Part shown: one piece after another, positions 19,432 through 29,797 of the stretch
Layout of the letters: each line of letters starts with the position of its first letter
Position numbering within the stretch: the stretch's first letter is position 1
Assembly: GCA_036550355.1 (NCBI GenBank)
Contig: JAXKGN010000005.1
Location: 59,193-123,192 of the forward strand
Direction: 5' to 3'
DNA: 64,000 nt
DNA from: Collinsella sp.
Lineage (GTDB): Bacteria > Actinomycetota > Coriobacteriia > Coriobacteriales > Coriobacteriaceae
Made by a program: the position numbers and the translations under genes
Notes under the pieces: model-generated
What the model was told of the DNA's origin: nothing
The model's input: only the letters and a program-made list of their open reading frames with translations
The model's database searches: none

Positions 19432-20645
19432 AAGTTGTCATCGCTGCACTTCAACGGCTGAGCGCCAACGGGATATGTGCACAGGCCGTTGTCTCGGAGC
19501 TAGTGCGACGCGGGCACGAGGTCGTTTGGGTTTGTAACCATGAATTTGTATCACACGACCGACAGGATGGGGTAGAGTTTCGCGAGATCGATCCCCGCTG
19601 GGTCGACGCAGCACTTGCGAGACATCCCGGTCGTTCGGCTGCCCATACTGCTATCGTCGCGGTCAACCGTATCGGAATGCTGCGCTCTTTGGGCACGTGG
19701 CCCCTTGTGTCAAAAGGCTATTCTCGACGCGTGGCCAGGGCAGTTTGCGAGGCTTGCGTCGGCGCCGACATTGTGGTGGGGGCATACACTCAAATCGACG
19801 CTCTCATCGCTGCGCATGAGGCCAAATCCCGGAACCCACGGCTTCACTACATTGCTTGGTTCCTGGACAGCTTTGTGGGCGGTTATGGCCCGCGCTTTTT
19901 ATCTGCAAAACAACTTGAGGAGCGAGGCAAACGTTGGGATCGCGAGTTGCTCGACAATGCCGATGTTGTCGTGTCTATGGAGTCAGCCCGCTGTTTCCAT
20001 ATGGATCGATGTGTTAACGAACCATGGTTCGAAAAATTGCGCTTCTTAGATCTCCCCTTGCTCGACCTTCATAGGATGGTCGATTGTTCCGACGATCCTG
20101 GTACTCCCAAAGGAGTAAAGACTATCGTCTATGCGGGCTCTCTTCCCAAGGGGATTCGCTCACCTCGCTTCTTCCTGAACGTGCTTTCCTGCATGCCGGA
20201 GGAACCGCTGCGAGTCGTGTTCGTCGGTGATGCAGCCAATGACGATCTCAATGCTGCAGCTTCGAGTGACCGACGAATTGAGATTCGGGGGCGTCTTTCG
20301 CACGGCGATGCCGTGGCGCTTTTGCGTTCGGCAGATTTCGTACTCACCCTCGGAAACCGCCTAGACAACATGACACCCTCGAAAGTGTTCGAGCTCATGG
20401 CCTTGCGCAAACCCATATTGGCTACTTATCCCATAGATGACGAGCCAAGCATGCCGTACTTGAAGCGTTACGGCGACGTGCTGCTATTGGATGAAAGGAG
20501 TGATGCCTCTGAGGCGGCGACAAAGCTTCGCGACTTCCTCCGTATGTCTCATGAACCGCCTACGGTGGAAGAGCTCGAGAAAAACTTCTGGAACAACACG
20601 CCGTCGGCGTTTTGTGACCTTATCGAATTATTAGGAGATAAATAA
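19428..20645 (+). CDS. Glycosyltransferase (GT-B)
   Basis: VYAGSL and PSKVFELMALRKPIL motifs; ATGA overlap with wzy. Confidence 0.8.
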   Translation: MKVVIAALQRLSANGICAQAVVSELVRRGHEVVWVCNHEFVSHDRQDGVEFREIDPRWVDAALARHPGRSAAHTAIVAVNRIGMLRSLGTWPLVSKGYSRRVARAVCEACVGADIVVGAYTQIDALIAAHEAKSRNPRLHYIAWFLDSFVGGYGPRFLSAKQLEERGKRWDRELLDNADVVVSMESARCFHMDRCVNEPWFEKLRFLDLPLLDLHRMVDCSDDPGTPKGVKTIVYAGSLPKGIRSPRFFLNVLSCMPEEPLRVVFVGDAANDDLNAAASSDRRIEIRGRLSHGDAVALLRSADFVLTLGNRLDNMTPSKVFELMALRKPILATYPIDDEPSMPYLKRYGDVLLLDERSDASEAATKLRDFLRMSHEPPTVEELEKNFWNNTPSAFCDLIELLGDK

Positions 20646-21703
20646 TGAAATCAAGCACTGCATTTAAAGACAAGACCCTCATGATCACGGGCGGCACCGG
20701 CTCGTTCGGCAACACCGTGCTCAAGCACTTTATGAACACCGACCTGGCCGAGATCCGCATCTTCTCCCGCGACGAGAAGAAACAGGACGACATGCGCCAC
20801 CACCTGCAGGAGAAGTCCCCGGAGCTCGCCTCCAAGGTGCGCTTCTTCATCGGCGACGTCCGCAACGCCCAGAGCGTGCGCGACGCCATGCACGGCGTGG
20901 ACTACATCTTCCACGCCGCCGCACTCAAGCAGGTGCCCTCCTGCGAGTTCTTCCCCATGGAGGCCGTGCGCACCAACGTCATCGGCACGGACAACGTGCT
21001 CCACGCCGCGATCGACGAGGGCGTCGACCGCGTCGTGTGCCTGTCCACCGACAAGGCGGCCTACCCCATCAACGCCATGGGCAAGTCCAAGGCCATGATG
21101 GAGTCCATCATCTACGCCAACGCCAGAAACGGCGCCGGCCGCACCACCATCTGCTGCACCCGCTACGGCAACGTCATGTGCTCGCGCGGCAGCGTCATCC
21201 CGCTGTTCATCGACCGCATCCGCAAGGGCGAGCCGCTCACCGTCACCGACCCCAACATGACCCGCTTCCTCATGAACCTGGACGAGGCCGTGGACCTGGT
21301 GCAGTTCGCCTTCGAGCACGCCAACCCCGGCGACCTGTTCATCCAGAAGGCCCCCGCCTCCACCATCGGCGACCTCGCCGAGGCGGTCCAGGAGGTCTTC
21401 GGCCGCGTGGGCACCCAGGTGATCGGCACCCGCCACGGCGAGAAGCTCTACGAGACCCTCATGACCCGCGAGGAGCGCCTGAGGTCCGAGGACATGGGCG
21501 GCTACTACCGCGTGGCCTGCGACTCGCGCGACCTGAACTACGACAAGTTCGTCGTCGACGGCGAGGTGGAGACCCAGGCCGACGAGTCCTACACCTCCCA
21601 CAACACCGAGAGGCTCGACGTGGAGGGCACCATCGCCAAGATCAAGACCGCCGAGTACGTGCAGCTGGCGCTCGAGGGCCGCGAGCACGAGGCGGCGCAG
21701 TAG
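20645..21703 (+). CDS. fnlA: UDP-GlcNAc 4,6-dehydratase/5-epimerase (FnlA/CapE)
   Basis: GGTGSFG, HAAALKQVPSCEFFP, STDKAAYPINAMG and RHGEKLYETL motifs. Confidence 0.93.
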   Translation: MKSSTAFKDKTLMITGGTGSFGNTVLKHFMNTDLAEIRIFSRDEKKQDDMRHHLQEKSPELASKVRFFIGDVRNAQSVRDAMHGVDYIFHAAALKQVPSCEFFPMEAVRTNVIGTDNVLHAAIDEGVDRVVCLSTDKAAYPINAMGKSKAMMESIIYANARNGAGRTTICCTRYGNVMCSRGSVIPLFIDRIRKGEPLTVTDPNMTRFLMNLDEAVDLVQFAFEHANPGDLFIQKAPASTIGDLAEAVQEVFGRVGTQVIGTRHGEKLYETLMTREERLRSEDMGGYYRVACDSRDLNYDKFVVDGEVETQADESYTSHNTERLDVEGTIAKIKTAEYVQLALEGREHEAAQ

Positions 21704-21706
21704 ACA

Positions 21707-22852
21707 GTGGCTAAAATTGGAATCTTAACTTCAACTCCGTCGTTTAATGACAATTATGGAGCTATTTTGCAGGCATATGCCCTGCAGCGCTGGTTAATTC
21801 TTGAGGGACATGAACCCAGCGATATTCTTTATCATGGGGATAATGAACCTATGTTAAATAAAAAGATGAGTCCGGTCGTTCGTTTTAAGGGTATTTTCTT
21901 TTCAGGGAACACCTTCCGACAGGCGCTCGGAACTGTTTTAACAAAAAAGGTTCGTCAAGCCCGTAGTAGGTATTTTCAGAAGTTTCAGAATGCTCACCTC
22001 GTAATTTCAAACGATACTTATGATTTTGCAGCATTAAAAAAATCTGTCGATGATTTTGATTGTTATATTTGTGGAAGCGATCAGGTATGGAACCCAAGAG
22101 TCCATGGAGGAGTCAATGACCCTGGGTATTTCTTGCAATTTGCTGTTGGCGAGCGTCTCACGATAGCATATGCTCCAAGCTTTGGTGTTTCCGTTCTTCC
22201 CGATGCGTGCTACGACAATCTTGCAGAGTTTGTTGCCGGGATTGATTATGTTTCCGTACGCGAGGATTCCGGCGCTAAGTTACTTGCCGATGTTGGAGTT
22301 AAAGCTCCGGTAGTCGTTGATCCGACTATGCTTCTTACCGATAAAGACTACGATAAGATCGCAATTCGACCTGACTGGCTTCCGGAACGTTACATAGCAG
22401 TATACAAATTTGGAGAGCGTAACGAATTCGATTCAAAAATCAAGGATACCGCCAATAAGCTTGGTCTTCCTATTATTAATATACCTGCATCCATTGACTC
22501 CTCTTTCAAAACGCGTTGGGATATTGGCCCGTCAGAATTTATCGCAATTATTCGCGATGCTGATTTAGTCTGTACCGATTCCTTCCATGCCACGGTATTT
22601 TCGACGTTATACAAAACGCCATGTATTGTTTTTCCACGAGATGCTATCGGCTCCAAAAAATCGATGAATTCAAGAATGGAAGGCTTGCTTGATCGTCTTG
22701 GAATGAGCTGCAGGTACGTAGCTTCATCTTCAGAATGGGATCGGGCCCTTGCAATGAAAATCGAATATTCAGAAGTTCATAATAGGCTTGCCACATGGCG
22801 TTCCGATAGCGAAAAATATTTACTTTCATCGCTTGCAGGAATCGGTGAATAG
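21707..22852 (+). CDS. Polysaccharide pyruvyl transferase family protein
   Basis: NYGAILQAYAL, GSDQVWNP, SVRE, DPTMLL and TDSFH motifs. Confidence 0.88.
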   Translation: MAKIGILTSTPSFNDNYGAILQAYALQRWLILEGHEPSDILYHGDNEPMLNKKMSPVVRFKGIFFSGNTFRQALGTVLTKKVRQARSRYFQKFQNAHLVISNDTYDFAALKKSVDDFDCYICGSDQVWNPRVHGGVNDPGYFLQFAVGERLTIAYAPSFGVSVLPDACYDNLAEFVAGIDYVSVREDSGAKLLADVGVKAPVVVDPTMLLTDKDYDKIAIRPDWLPERYIAVYKFGERNEFDSKIKDTANKLGLPIINIPASIDSSFKTRWDIGPSEFIAIIRDADLVCTDSFHATVFSTLYKTPCIVFPRDAIGSKKSMNSRMEGLLDRLGMSCRYVASSSEWDRALAMKIEYSEVHNRLATWRSDSEKYLLSSLAGIGE

Positions 22853-24037
22853 ATGGCAGGAAATGAGTCAGTGACTATCGAGGACATTGATGGGATTTCC
22901 TCCTTATGCACAGGATGTGGAGCATGTGCCGCCGCGTGTCCGACGGGTTCAATTTGTATGACAACCGATAGGGAAGGCTTTTCTTACCCCCGCGTAGATA
23001 ATAATCAGTGCATTGCCTGTCACAAGTGTCTCAATGTCTGTCAGGCGTCTCGGGATAGTGCCAAACATAACCCGATCAAAATCGAAGCGCTATATGCCTC
23101 CCGAAAAGACGAAAGAGCCGCTGGATCATCTGGCGGAATCATGGGTCTACTAGCCAAGCGAGTTTTAGAGTCAAATGGTGTAGTGTTCGGAGCGGTTTTC
23201 GATGCGGAGGGCCATAGGGTTATACATGCATCTACGGAAACGCATTCCTTGGAGAAAATCCTACGTTCTAAGTATGTCCAAAGTGAGGCGTGGCCAACTT
23301 ATGTTCGTGTAAAACAGCATCTATGTTCTGGTGAACAGGTCCTGTTTTGCGGCACGCCTTGTCAAGTTATCGGACTAAACCGGTATCTTGGAAAACAGTA
23401 CTCCAATTTACTGACAGTTGATTTCTTCTGTCACGGTGTTCCTTCGCCCGGTTTTTTTGCTGATTACGCTCGTCTAGTCGAAAGTCAAAAGGGGAGCCGT
23501 TTGACTGATGTGACCTTTCGCGAGAAAAGTCACGGTTGGAGAGAGCAGCACATGCGTTGGTACTTTTCAGATGGATCGAATATAGAAGAACCTTCTCTCG
23601 ATAATTGCCATTACTTCTTCTTCTTGGGCAATTATTCCTTAAGAAAATCATGCTATACGTGTGAGCTGTATAAACGTCATGAAGCAGATATAACACTGGC
23701 AGATTATTGGCTAATTGACCCCTCGTTTGATGACGATCTTGGCACCTCTCTTGTTCTTGCAAATACGGAAAATGGATTAACCTTTCTGAAGGATATCAAG
23801 AAAGACACTATTGAGGTCCCTGTTGACAATTTCGACTTCGAAATATATCGACATAGCTACTGCCCTAATAAACGCGCTAACTTTTTTGATTGTTACGTAA
23901 ATGAAGGTATTGAAGCAACATGCGGTTCTTATTTCGATAAAGAGCATCGCGTATGGTGTATTAGAAACAGATGCGGCGCAATTAAAAACGCTTTTGTGTC
24001 AAAAATCAAAAACTGCATAGGGGCATTTACAAGATAA
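22853..24037 (+). CDS. Ferredoxin + FrhB-like (F420 hydrogenase beta-subunit C-terminal) protein
   Basis: Two CxxCxxCxxxC clusters, SSGG, SKYVQS, GTPCQ, CHGVPSP and ADITLADYW motifs. Confidence 0.85.
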   Translation: MAGNESVTIEDIDGISSLCTGCGACAAACPTGSICMTTDREGFSYPRVDNNQCIACHKCLNVCQASRDSAKHNPIKIEALYASRKDERAAGSSGGIMGLLAKRVLESNGVVFGAVFDAEGHRVIHASTETHSLEKILRSKYVQSEAWPTYVRVKQHLCSGEQVLFCGTPCQVIGLNRYLGKQYSNLLTVDFFCHGVPSPGFFADYARLVESQKGSRLTDVTFREKSHGWREQHMRWYFSDGSNIEEPSLDNCHYFFFLGNYSLRKSCYTCELYKRHEADITLADYWLIDPSFDDDLGTSLVLANTENGLTFLKDIKKDTIEVPVDNFDFEIYRHSYCPNKRANFFDCYVNEGIEATCGSYFDKEHRVWCIRNRCGAIKNAFVSKIKNCIGAFTR

Positions 24038-25413
24038 TGGGCAGTAAAAAAAGCTTTATTAAGAACTCATTGCTGTTTATGCTTGGTTCTGGACTATCAA
24101 AAGCACTCGGCATCATTATGTTGCCGTTATACACTTCTCAAATTCCAACAGAAGATTACGGTGCTTACGATATTTCGCTTACTCTTATCACAATTGTAAG
24201 TTCGATTGCATACTTCGAACTTTGGTCTGCCGTCTTACGTTTTATGTATGATCGCTCAGACAGAAATAGTAAGGCAACAGTTGTTCGATCTGGTCTATAT
24301 TTGTTACTATGCGCGACGGTAGTATTTGTAATACTTGGAGTGGTATTGTGCTCATCCCTTTCTCTGGGTCATCCGGTATGGTTGATGAGTTATGGAGTTG
24401 CAATATCTGCGTCAACGTTTTTTTGTTTTGTAGCAAGGGGCTATGGAAAGAACGCTGAGTTTACGTTATCTGGTATTTTGAGCAGTGTTGTAATTGCAGT
24501 TACAAATATTGGTCTGATTCTTTTACTCCATTTTGACTATTCCGCTCTGTATATCAGTTATGTAATAGGATCAATAGTTCAGTGTGTTTATCTTGGCTGG
24601 ACTATTGGTATTGGCGAGATAGTCAAGTCGTCAGAAAAGGATAACGAACTAACAAAAAGCCTATTGCGTTTTGCTGCGCCCTTATGCTTGAACACAGCTT
24701 CTTATTGGCTATTATCAAGCGCTTCTCGACTTGTTTTCAACTATATGAGCGGAAATGCTGCAAGCGGCGTGTTCTCTGTTGGAAATAAATTTGGCCAGGT
24801 CATAGTTCTTGCAACAACGTGTTTTACATATGCATGGCAAGACCTTTCATTCTCAGAAAGCTCTAAAGGGGCAGACTCTCTTTTTTATACACGTGCATGC
24901 CGTACGTATCTGACTTTCTTATCGGCCGCCTTTGCTCTTCTGCTCCCCATGCTCAGGTGTGCCTTTCCACTTTTCGTCAGGGGTTCCTATGGCGATGCGA
25001 TCGATATAGTCCCGCTTGCCCTTGTCGTTGCTTTAATTAGTGGATACTCTGGCTTTGTTGGCAACGTTTTTTATGCTATCAAAAAAACAAAGACAATTAC
25101 CGTTTCAACGGTAATTGCAGGTTTAGTCGCTGTAGGATTTTCGCCTTTATTTATCAATATATTAGGCGCAAATGGAGTAAATGTTGCCGTTCTTCTCGGG
25201 TTTATTGTAAATCTTGCAGTTAGAGCGTTCGTACTAAACCGAGAAATCGGCTTTAAGCTCTGTTATAAAATCGTTATACCGTGCTCGTTGTGGATAGCGC
25301 TTTCTTGTGTTGCGTTTTGGTATGGACTGCTGTGGTCAACAATTTCTTTGATATGCAGTATTTTCATTGCCTGTTACCTATTTAAAGACGAAGTATCGTC
25401 AATATTTAAATAG
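24037..25413 (+). CDS. Wzx flippase
   Basis: About 12 TM segments, MLPLYT...EDYG, FAAPL; MOP-family pattern. Confidence 0.85.
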   Translation: MGSKKSFIKNSLLFMLGSGLSKALGIIMLPLYTSQIPTEDYGAYDISLTLITIVSSIAYFELWSAVLRFMYDRSDRNSKATVVRSGLYLLLCATVVFVILGVVLCSSLSLGHPVWLMSYGVAISASTFFCFVARGYGKNAEFTLSGILSSVVIAVTNIGLILLLHFDYSALYISYVIGSIVQCVYLGWTIGIGEIVKSSEKDNELTKSLLRFAAPLCLNTASYWLLSSASRLVFNYMSGNAASGVFSVGNKFGQVIVLATTCFTYAWQDLSFSESSKGADSLFYTRACRTYLTFLSAAFALLLPMLRCAFPLFVRGSYGDAIDIVPLALVVALISGYSGFVGNVFYAIKKTKTITVSTVIAGLVAVGFSPLFINILGANGVNVAVLLGFIVNLAVRAFVLNREIGFKLCYKIVIPCSLWIALSCVAFWYGLLWSTISLICSIFIACYLFKDEVSSIFK

Positions 25414-25447
25414 CAAAATAAGTGACCAATTTGCCTAGATTTTTGGA

Positions 25448-26677
25448 ATGGAATTAATCTTGAAAGTACTAATCACTGGATCGAAGGGGTTCGTGGGTAG
25501 GAACCTCTGCTGTGCGCTGAAGAACATAAGGGACGGCAAGGACCGTCGCGAGAAGTATGCGAGCCTGCTGCCCCTCGAGGTCATGGAGTACGACGTCGAC
25601 TCGACGCCCGCTGAGCTGGAGGACTACTGCTCCCGCGCCGACTTCGTCTTCAACCTGGCCGGCGTCAACCGCCCCAAGGACCAGGCGGAGTTCATGGAGG
25701 GCAACTTCGGGTTCGCTTCGACGCTGCTGGACACGCTCGAGCGCCACGGGAACACGTGCCCCGTCATGCTGTCCAGCTCCGCGCAGGCGAGCCTGTCGGG
25801 ACGCTTCGAGGGCTCTGTCTACGGCGAGTCGAAGCTCGCGGGGGAGGGCCTGTTCCGGGAGTACTCGGGGCGCACCGGCGCCCCGGTTCTCATCTACCGT
25901 TTCCCCAACCTCTACGGCAAGTGGTGCCGCCCGCGCTACAACTCCGCCGTGGCGACCTTCTGCGACGCCATCGCCAACGGCCGCCCCTACACCGTGAACG
26001 ACCCCTCGGTGGAGCTCGAGCTCCTCTACATCGACGACCTCGTGGACGAGATGCTGGGCGCCCTGCTGGGGGAGGAGCACCGCTGCGGCTACGAGGGGCT
26101 CGAGAGGGTAGAGGGCGACGGGTTCTGCTACGTCCCGGAAACTGACGTCAAGTCGCTCGGCGAGATCGTCTACCTGCTCGACAGCTTCCGCGACAGCCGC
26201 GAGACGCTCTCGGTGCCCGACCTTTCGGAGGGTTCCTTCTCCAAGAAGCTCTGGAGCACGTTCCTGTCCTACTACGAGCCGGGCAACTTCGCCTATAGCC
26301 TCAAGCCCAACGTGGACGCGCGCGGCTCGTTCACCGAGTTCCTGCGCACGCCGGAGCGCGGCCAGGTCTCGATCAACGTCTCGAGGCCCGGCATCACCAA
26401 GGGCAACCACTGGCACATGAGCAAGTGGGAGAGGTTCCTGGTGGTCTCCGGCACCGCCTCCATCAAGCTCAGGAAGGTGGGGGAGGACTCCGACGGGAAC
26501 CCGTTCCCCGTCGACGAGTACGTTGTAAGCGGTTCACACATGAGAGCCGTGGAGATGATCCCCGGCTACACGCACTCTATCACCAACCTTTCCGACACCG
26601 AGGACCTCGTGACGGTCATGTGGGCCAACGAGCCCTTCGACCCCGAGAACCCCGACACCTACTACGAGGAGGTCTAG
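25448..26677 (+). CDS. fnlB: FnlB/CapF reductase (SDR + cupin)
   Basis: TGSKGFVGRNL, LAGVNRP, YGKWCRPRYNS, KGNHWH and VMWANEPFD motifs. Confidence 0.92.
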   Translation: MELILKVLITGSKGFVGRNLCCALKNIRDGKDRREKYASLLPLEVMEYDVDSTPAELEDYCSRADFVFNLAGVNRPKDQAEFMEGNFGFASTLLDTLERHGNTCPVMLSSSAQASLSGRFEGSVYGESKLAGEGLFREYSGRTGAPVLIYRFPNLYGKWCRPRYNSAVATFCDAIANGRPYTVNDPSVELELLYIDDLVDEMLGALLGEEHRCGYEGLERVEGDGFCYVPETDVKSLGEIVYLLDSFRDSRETLSVPDLSEGSFSKKLWSTFLSYYEPGNFAYSLKPNVDARGSFTEFLRTPERGQVSINVSRPGITKGNHWHMSKWERFLVVSGTASIKLRKVGEDSDGNPFPVDEYVVSGSHMRAVEMIPGYTHSITNLSDTEDLVTVMWANEPFDPENPDTYYEEV

Positions 26678-26681
26678 CCGC

Positions 26682-27866
26682 ATGGGCAAGGACTATTCCG
26701 ATATCGCATTCGAGGACGACGGCCGACTGAAGCTGCTGATCATCGTGGGCACCCGCCCCGAGGTCATCCGCCTGTCCGAGGTCATCAAGAAGTGCCGACG
26801 CCACTTCGACTGCCTGCTGGCGCACACCGGGCAGAACTACGACTACACGCTCAACGGCATCTTCTTCCGCGACCTGTCGCTGGACGACCCTGACGTCTAC
26901 CTGGACGCCGTGGGCGCGGACCTGGGCGAGACCGTGGGCAACATTATCGCGGCCAGCTACAAGCTGATGGTTAAGGTCCAGCCCGACGCCCTTCTCATCC
27001 TGGGCGACACCAACAGCTGCCTGTCCGCCATCGCGGCAAAGCGCCTGCACATCCCCATCTTCCACATGGAGGCGGGCAACCGCTGCAAGGACGAGTGCCT
27101 GCCCGAGGAGACCAACCGCCGCATCGTTGACGTGATCTCCGACGTCAACCTGGCCTACTCCGAGCACGCCCGCCGCTATCTCAAGGACACCGGCTGCGCC
27201 CCGGAGCGCACCTACGTCACGGGCTCTCCCATGGCCGAGGTCCTGCGCGCCAACCTGGGCAAGATCGAGGCCTCGGACATCCTCTCCGAGCTCGGTCTGG
27301 AGCCCAAGCGCTACATGCTGCTGTCCGCGCACCGCGAGGAGAACATCGACACCGAGGCCAACTTCACGAGCCTGTTCACAGCCATCAACGCGCTGGCCGA
27401 GAAATACGACATGCCGATCCTGTACTCCTGCCACCCGCGCTCCCGCAAGCGCCTGGAGGCCACCGGCTTCAAGCTCGACCCGCGCGTGCGCATGCACGAG
27501 CCCATGGGCTTCCACGACTACAACTGCCTGCAGATGAACGCCTTCGCCGTGGTCTCCGACTCCGGCACCCTGCCCGAGGAGTCCAGCTTCTTCGCGAGCG
27601 TCGGCCGCCCGTTCCCCGCGGTGTGCATCCGCACCTCCACCGAGCGCCCGGAGGCGCTTGACAAGGCGTGCTTCACGCTGGCCGGCATCAGCGAGCGCGG
27701 CCTGCTGCAGGCCGTCCACACCGCCGTCGAGCTCGACGCGGAGGGGTCGCTTCCCGAGGCCCCCGTTCCCGACTACGCCGACGAGACCGTGTCCACCAAG
27801 GTGGTAAAGATCATCCAGAGCTACACCGGCATCGTGGACAAGATGGTGTGGAGGAAGAGCCTGTAA
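26682..27866 (+). CDS. fnlC: FnlC/CapG UDP-sugar 2-epimerase (WecB family)
   Basis: GTRPEVIRLS, HTGQNYD, HMEAGNRC, HREEN and SDSGT motifs. Confidence 0.92.
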   Translation: MGKDYSDIAFEDDGRLKLLIIVGTRPEVIRLSEVIKKCRRHFDCLLAHTGQNYDYTLNGIFFRDLSLDDPDVYLDAVGADLGETVGNIIAASYKLMVKVQPDALLILGDTNSCLSAIAAKRLHIPIFHMEAGNRCKDECLPEETNRRIVDVISDVNLAYSEHARRYLKDTGCAPERTYVTGSPMAEVLRANLGKIEASDILSELGLEPKRYMLLSAHREENIDTEANFTSLFTAINALAEKYDMPILYSCHPRSRKRLEATGFKLDPRVRMHEPMGFHDYNCLQMNAFAVVSDSGTLPEESSFFASVGRPFPAVCIRTSTERPEALDKACFTLAGISERGLLQAVHTAVELDAEGSLPEAPVPDYADETVSTKVVKIIQSYTGIVDKMVWRKSL

Positions 27867-27883
27867 TCGACGGGGTTTGAACT

Positions 27884-28363
27884 ATGGAGTCGCTGGATGG
27901 CAAAAGAATCCGATTGCTTTGCCAAGAATTTAGCAATTTCGGTTATAACCGGCCTGTTTACTATTGGCGCCGAAGTGGCTGTAGCCTATTTGGTGCCACA
28001 GGTGCAAAATCCAATAGTTGTCAATAATAATGTCGTTATTTCTGCAGACGATTATGAATAGCGGCGTTCAGGATTCTAGAGCTCGAAGAAGAGCTTAAAG
28101 AACAGAGGCCTGTGAACACGAGCGAGAACAGCAGCACTGTTTCCAGTGTTGCTTCTGGTGTATCGAGCCGGGCATTACTGAAAGGTAAGCCCGACTCGTC
28201 ATCCAATTATTCAGAGTCAGGCGATACGGACGCGAGAGATACTGCGAGAAATCGCTATGACCCCAACCTCTGGGGAATTATTAGGTCTTGCTCAGCTTGC
28301 AGTGGCTATGCCGACTATTATTTGGGCGGAAACTATTCCAAGCTGTCCATTACCGTTTATTGA
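27884..28363 (+). pseudogene. Fragmented membrane-anchored/secreted protein, possible NPCBM-like C-terminus
   Basis: Hydrophobic segment LAISVITGLFTIGAEVAVAYLV, a stop and frameshift near 28059-28080, then a Ser-rich linker and YADYYLGGNYSKLS. Confidence 0.35.
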
Positions 28364-28418
28364 GTCAGAGAATTCTTGATTAAATTGCTTAGAGAGTAAG
28401 TAAACAAAGGCAAAACAC

Positions 28419-29228
28419 ATGTATCTACCTGATAATGAAATCATATCTTTGATCGACAACGATATTCTTTATAATGCCAGGCTCGAAAACGTGCAGCAAG
28501 TAAGTTACGACTTGACCGTAGCTGAATTTCACGATAAGGGCATGCGTTGTGACTCGGTCGATGTCAAGCCGGGAAACTCTATCTTTGTTTCAACAGTAGA
28601 AAAGATATGCCTTCCAAAAAATCTTGTAGCACAGGTTTCTCTTCGAAACAGCTGGATTCGTAAGGGCTTATTACTCGATAGCCCAGTTTATTTTCCCGGG
28701 CATAATACTCATATTTATTATCGTATTACTAATCTCGCCGGAGAAACAGTCAAGCTCAAGAAAGCTGATGGACTTGCTCAGATTTATTTCCTGCAGATTA
28801 AAGGTAATGTTTCGAATGATTATATAGGAGATTTTAGTAACGAAGCAAATGCGGCAGTTATCGGAGATATGGACGTGTTCCAAGCCGATGAAAAACGAAT
28901 GAAAAAGGCCGTTAAGCCGATCAAATCTTTAGAGCAACATATTTACGTTAACGTTCTTGCTCTTCTCGCCATATTTGTTGGAATTAGCACTATTTCCCAA
29001 TCTGCTCTTGAGTTGGATAGCAAGGCTTCTTTAATTGGAGCCACTCTTGTCCAGTGTGCGTCTTTTTCAGTTTTATTCTTATTGATTACACTACTCATGC
29101 CGAATAAAAAGAAACCCTGGGTATACTTAATTCCGATGGTGATTGCCATTGCCTGCATTTTCTTTTTGCTTAAGCATGAAGCTTGGGAAATGGGGCCGCT
29201 ATTTATCTGGAACGTCGTTTCCAAGTGA
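28419..29228 (+). CDS. dCTP deaminase/dUTPase-fold domain fused to three C-terminal TM helices
   Basis: SYDLTV, PGNSIFVSTVEKICLP, RNSWIRKG, PG and AQIYF match the trimeric Dcd fold; three hydrophobic segments at aa ~176-250. Confidence 0.8.
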   Translation: MYLPDNEIISLIDNDILYNARLENVQQVSYDLTVAEFHDKGMRCDSVDVKPGNSIFVSTVEKICLPKNLVAQVSLRNSWIRKGLLLDSPVYFPGHNTHIYYRITNLAGETVKLKKADGLAQIYFLQIKGNVSNDYIGDFSNEANAAVIGDMDVFQADEKRMKKAVKPIKSLEQHIYVNVLALLAIFVGISTISQSALELDSKASLIGATLVQCASFSVLFLLITLLMPNKKKPWVYLIPMVIAIACIFFLLKHEAWEMGPLFIWNVVSK

Positions 29229-29241
29229 TTGGAGTAGCGTC

Positions 29242-29724
29242 ATGACAATTTATATCGCTGCCAGATACAATGAAAAGGAACGTAACGAAAAAATTGCCCT
29301 TGCTTTACGCAAGCAAGGTTTCTCATCCATACTTCCTCGTAAGTTTCGCATGCGCTCAGATACGCGAGAGAAATCTAAATCCGTATATAAAGAGTGTTTA
29401 AAAGCGCTTGATCGGTCGTCGACTATATTAGTCGTTTCTCCATTTGGGCGTGACGTTGCTTTTGAGATTGGCTATTATCAGCATTTACGGGAATCTTTAT
29501 CGACAGACCCCACGCGTACGATGCACATCGTTCGTTTCAATACCGATACTACAAGAGCTATTCAAGATGATATGATTTCAAATGTTATCGACTATGAGAG
29601 CGATGATTTCAAAGAAATCTGTAACTATTTGTCTCGGTATGAAACGAAAACCTTTCCCATTCCAAAAAAGAAAAGAAACTATAAAAAGAAATTCCGCTCG
29701 GATGCTGAACTACGGGTTAGTTGA
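29242..29724 (+). CDS. Nucleoside 2-deoxyribosyltransferase-like protein
   Basis: IYIAAR...LP...CLKALDRSSTILVV...DVAFEIGY; RBS GGAG; starts 13 bp after the upstream gene. Confidence 0.72.
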   Translation: MTIYIAARYNEKERNEKIALALRKQGFSSILPRKFRMRSDTREKSKSVYKECLKALDRSSTILVVSPFGRDVAFEIGYYQHLRESLSTDPTRTMHIVRFNTDTTRAIQDDMISNVIDYESDDFKEICNYLSRYETKTFPIPKKKRNYKKKFRSDAELRVS

Positions 29725-29797
29725 TCGTTTTACAAACGATAGCAACCTAAAGCGATTTTGGATGGTTGATTTCCTTGGATGAAGTTTCTAAGCATTT

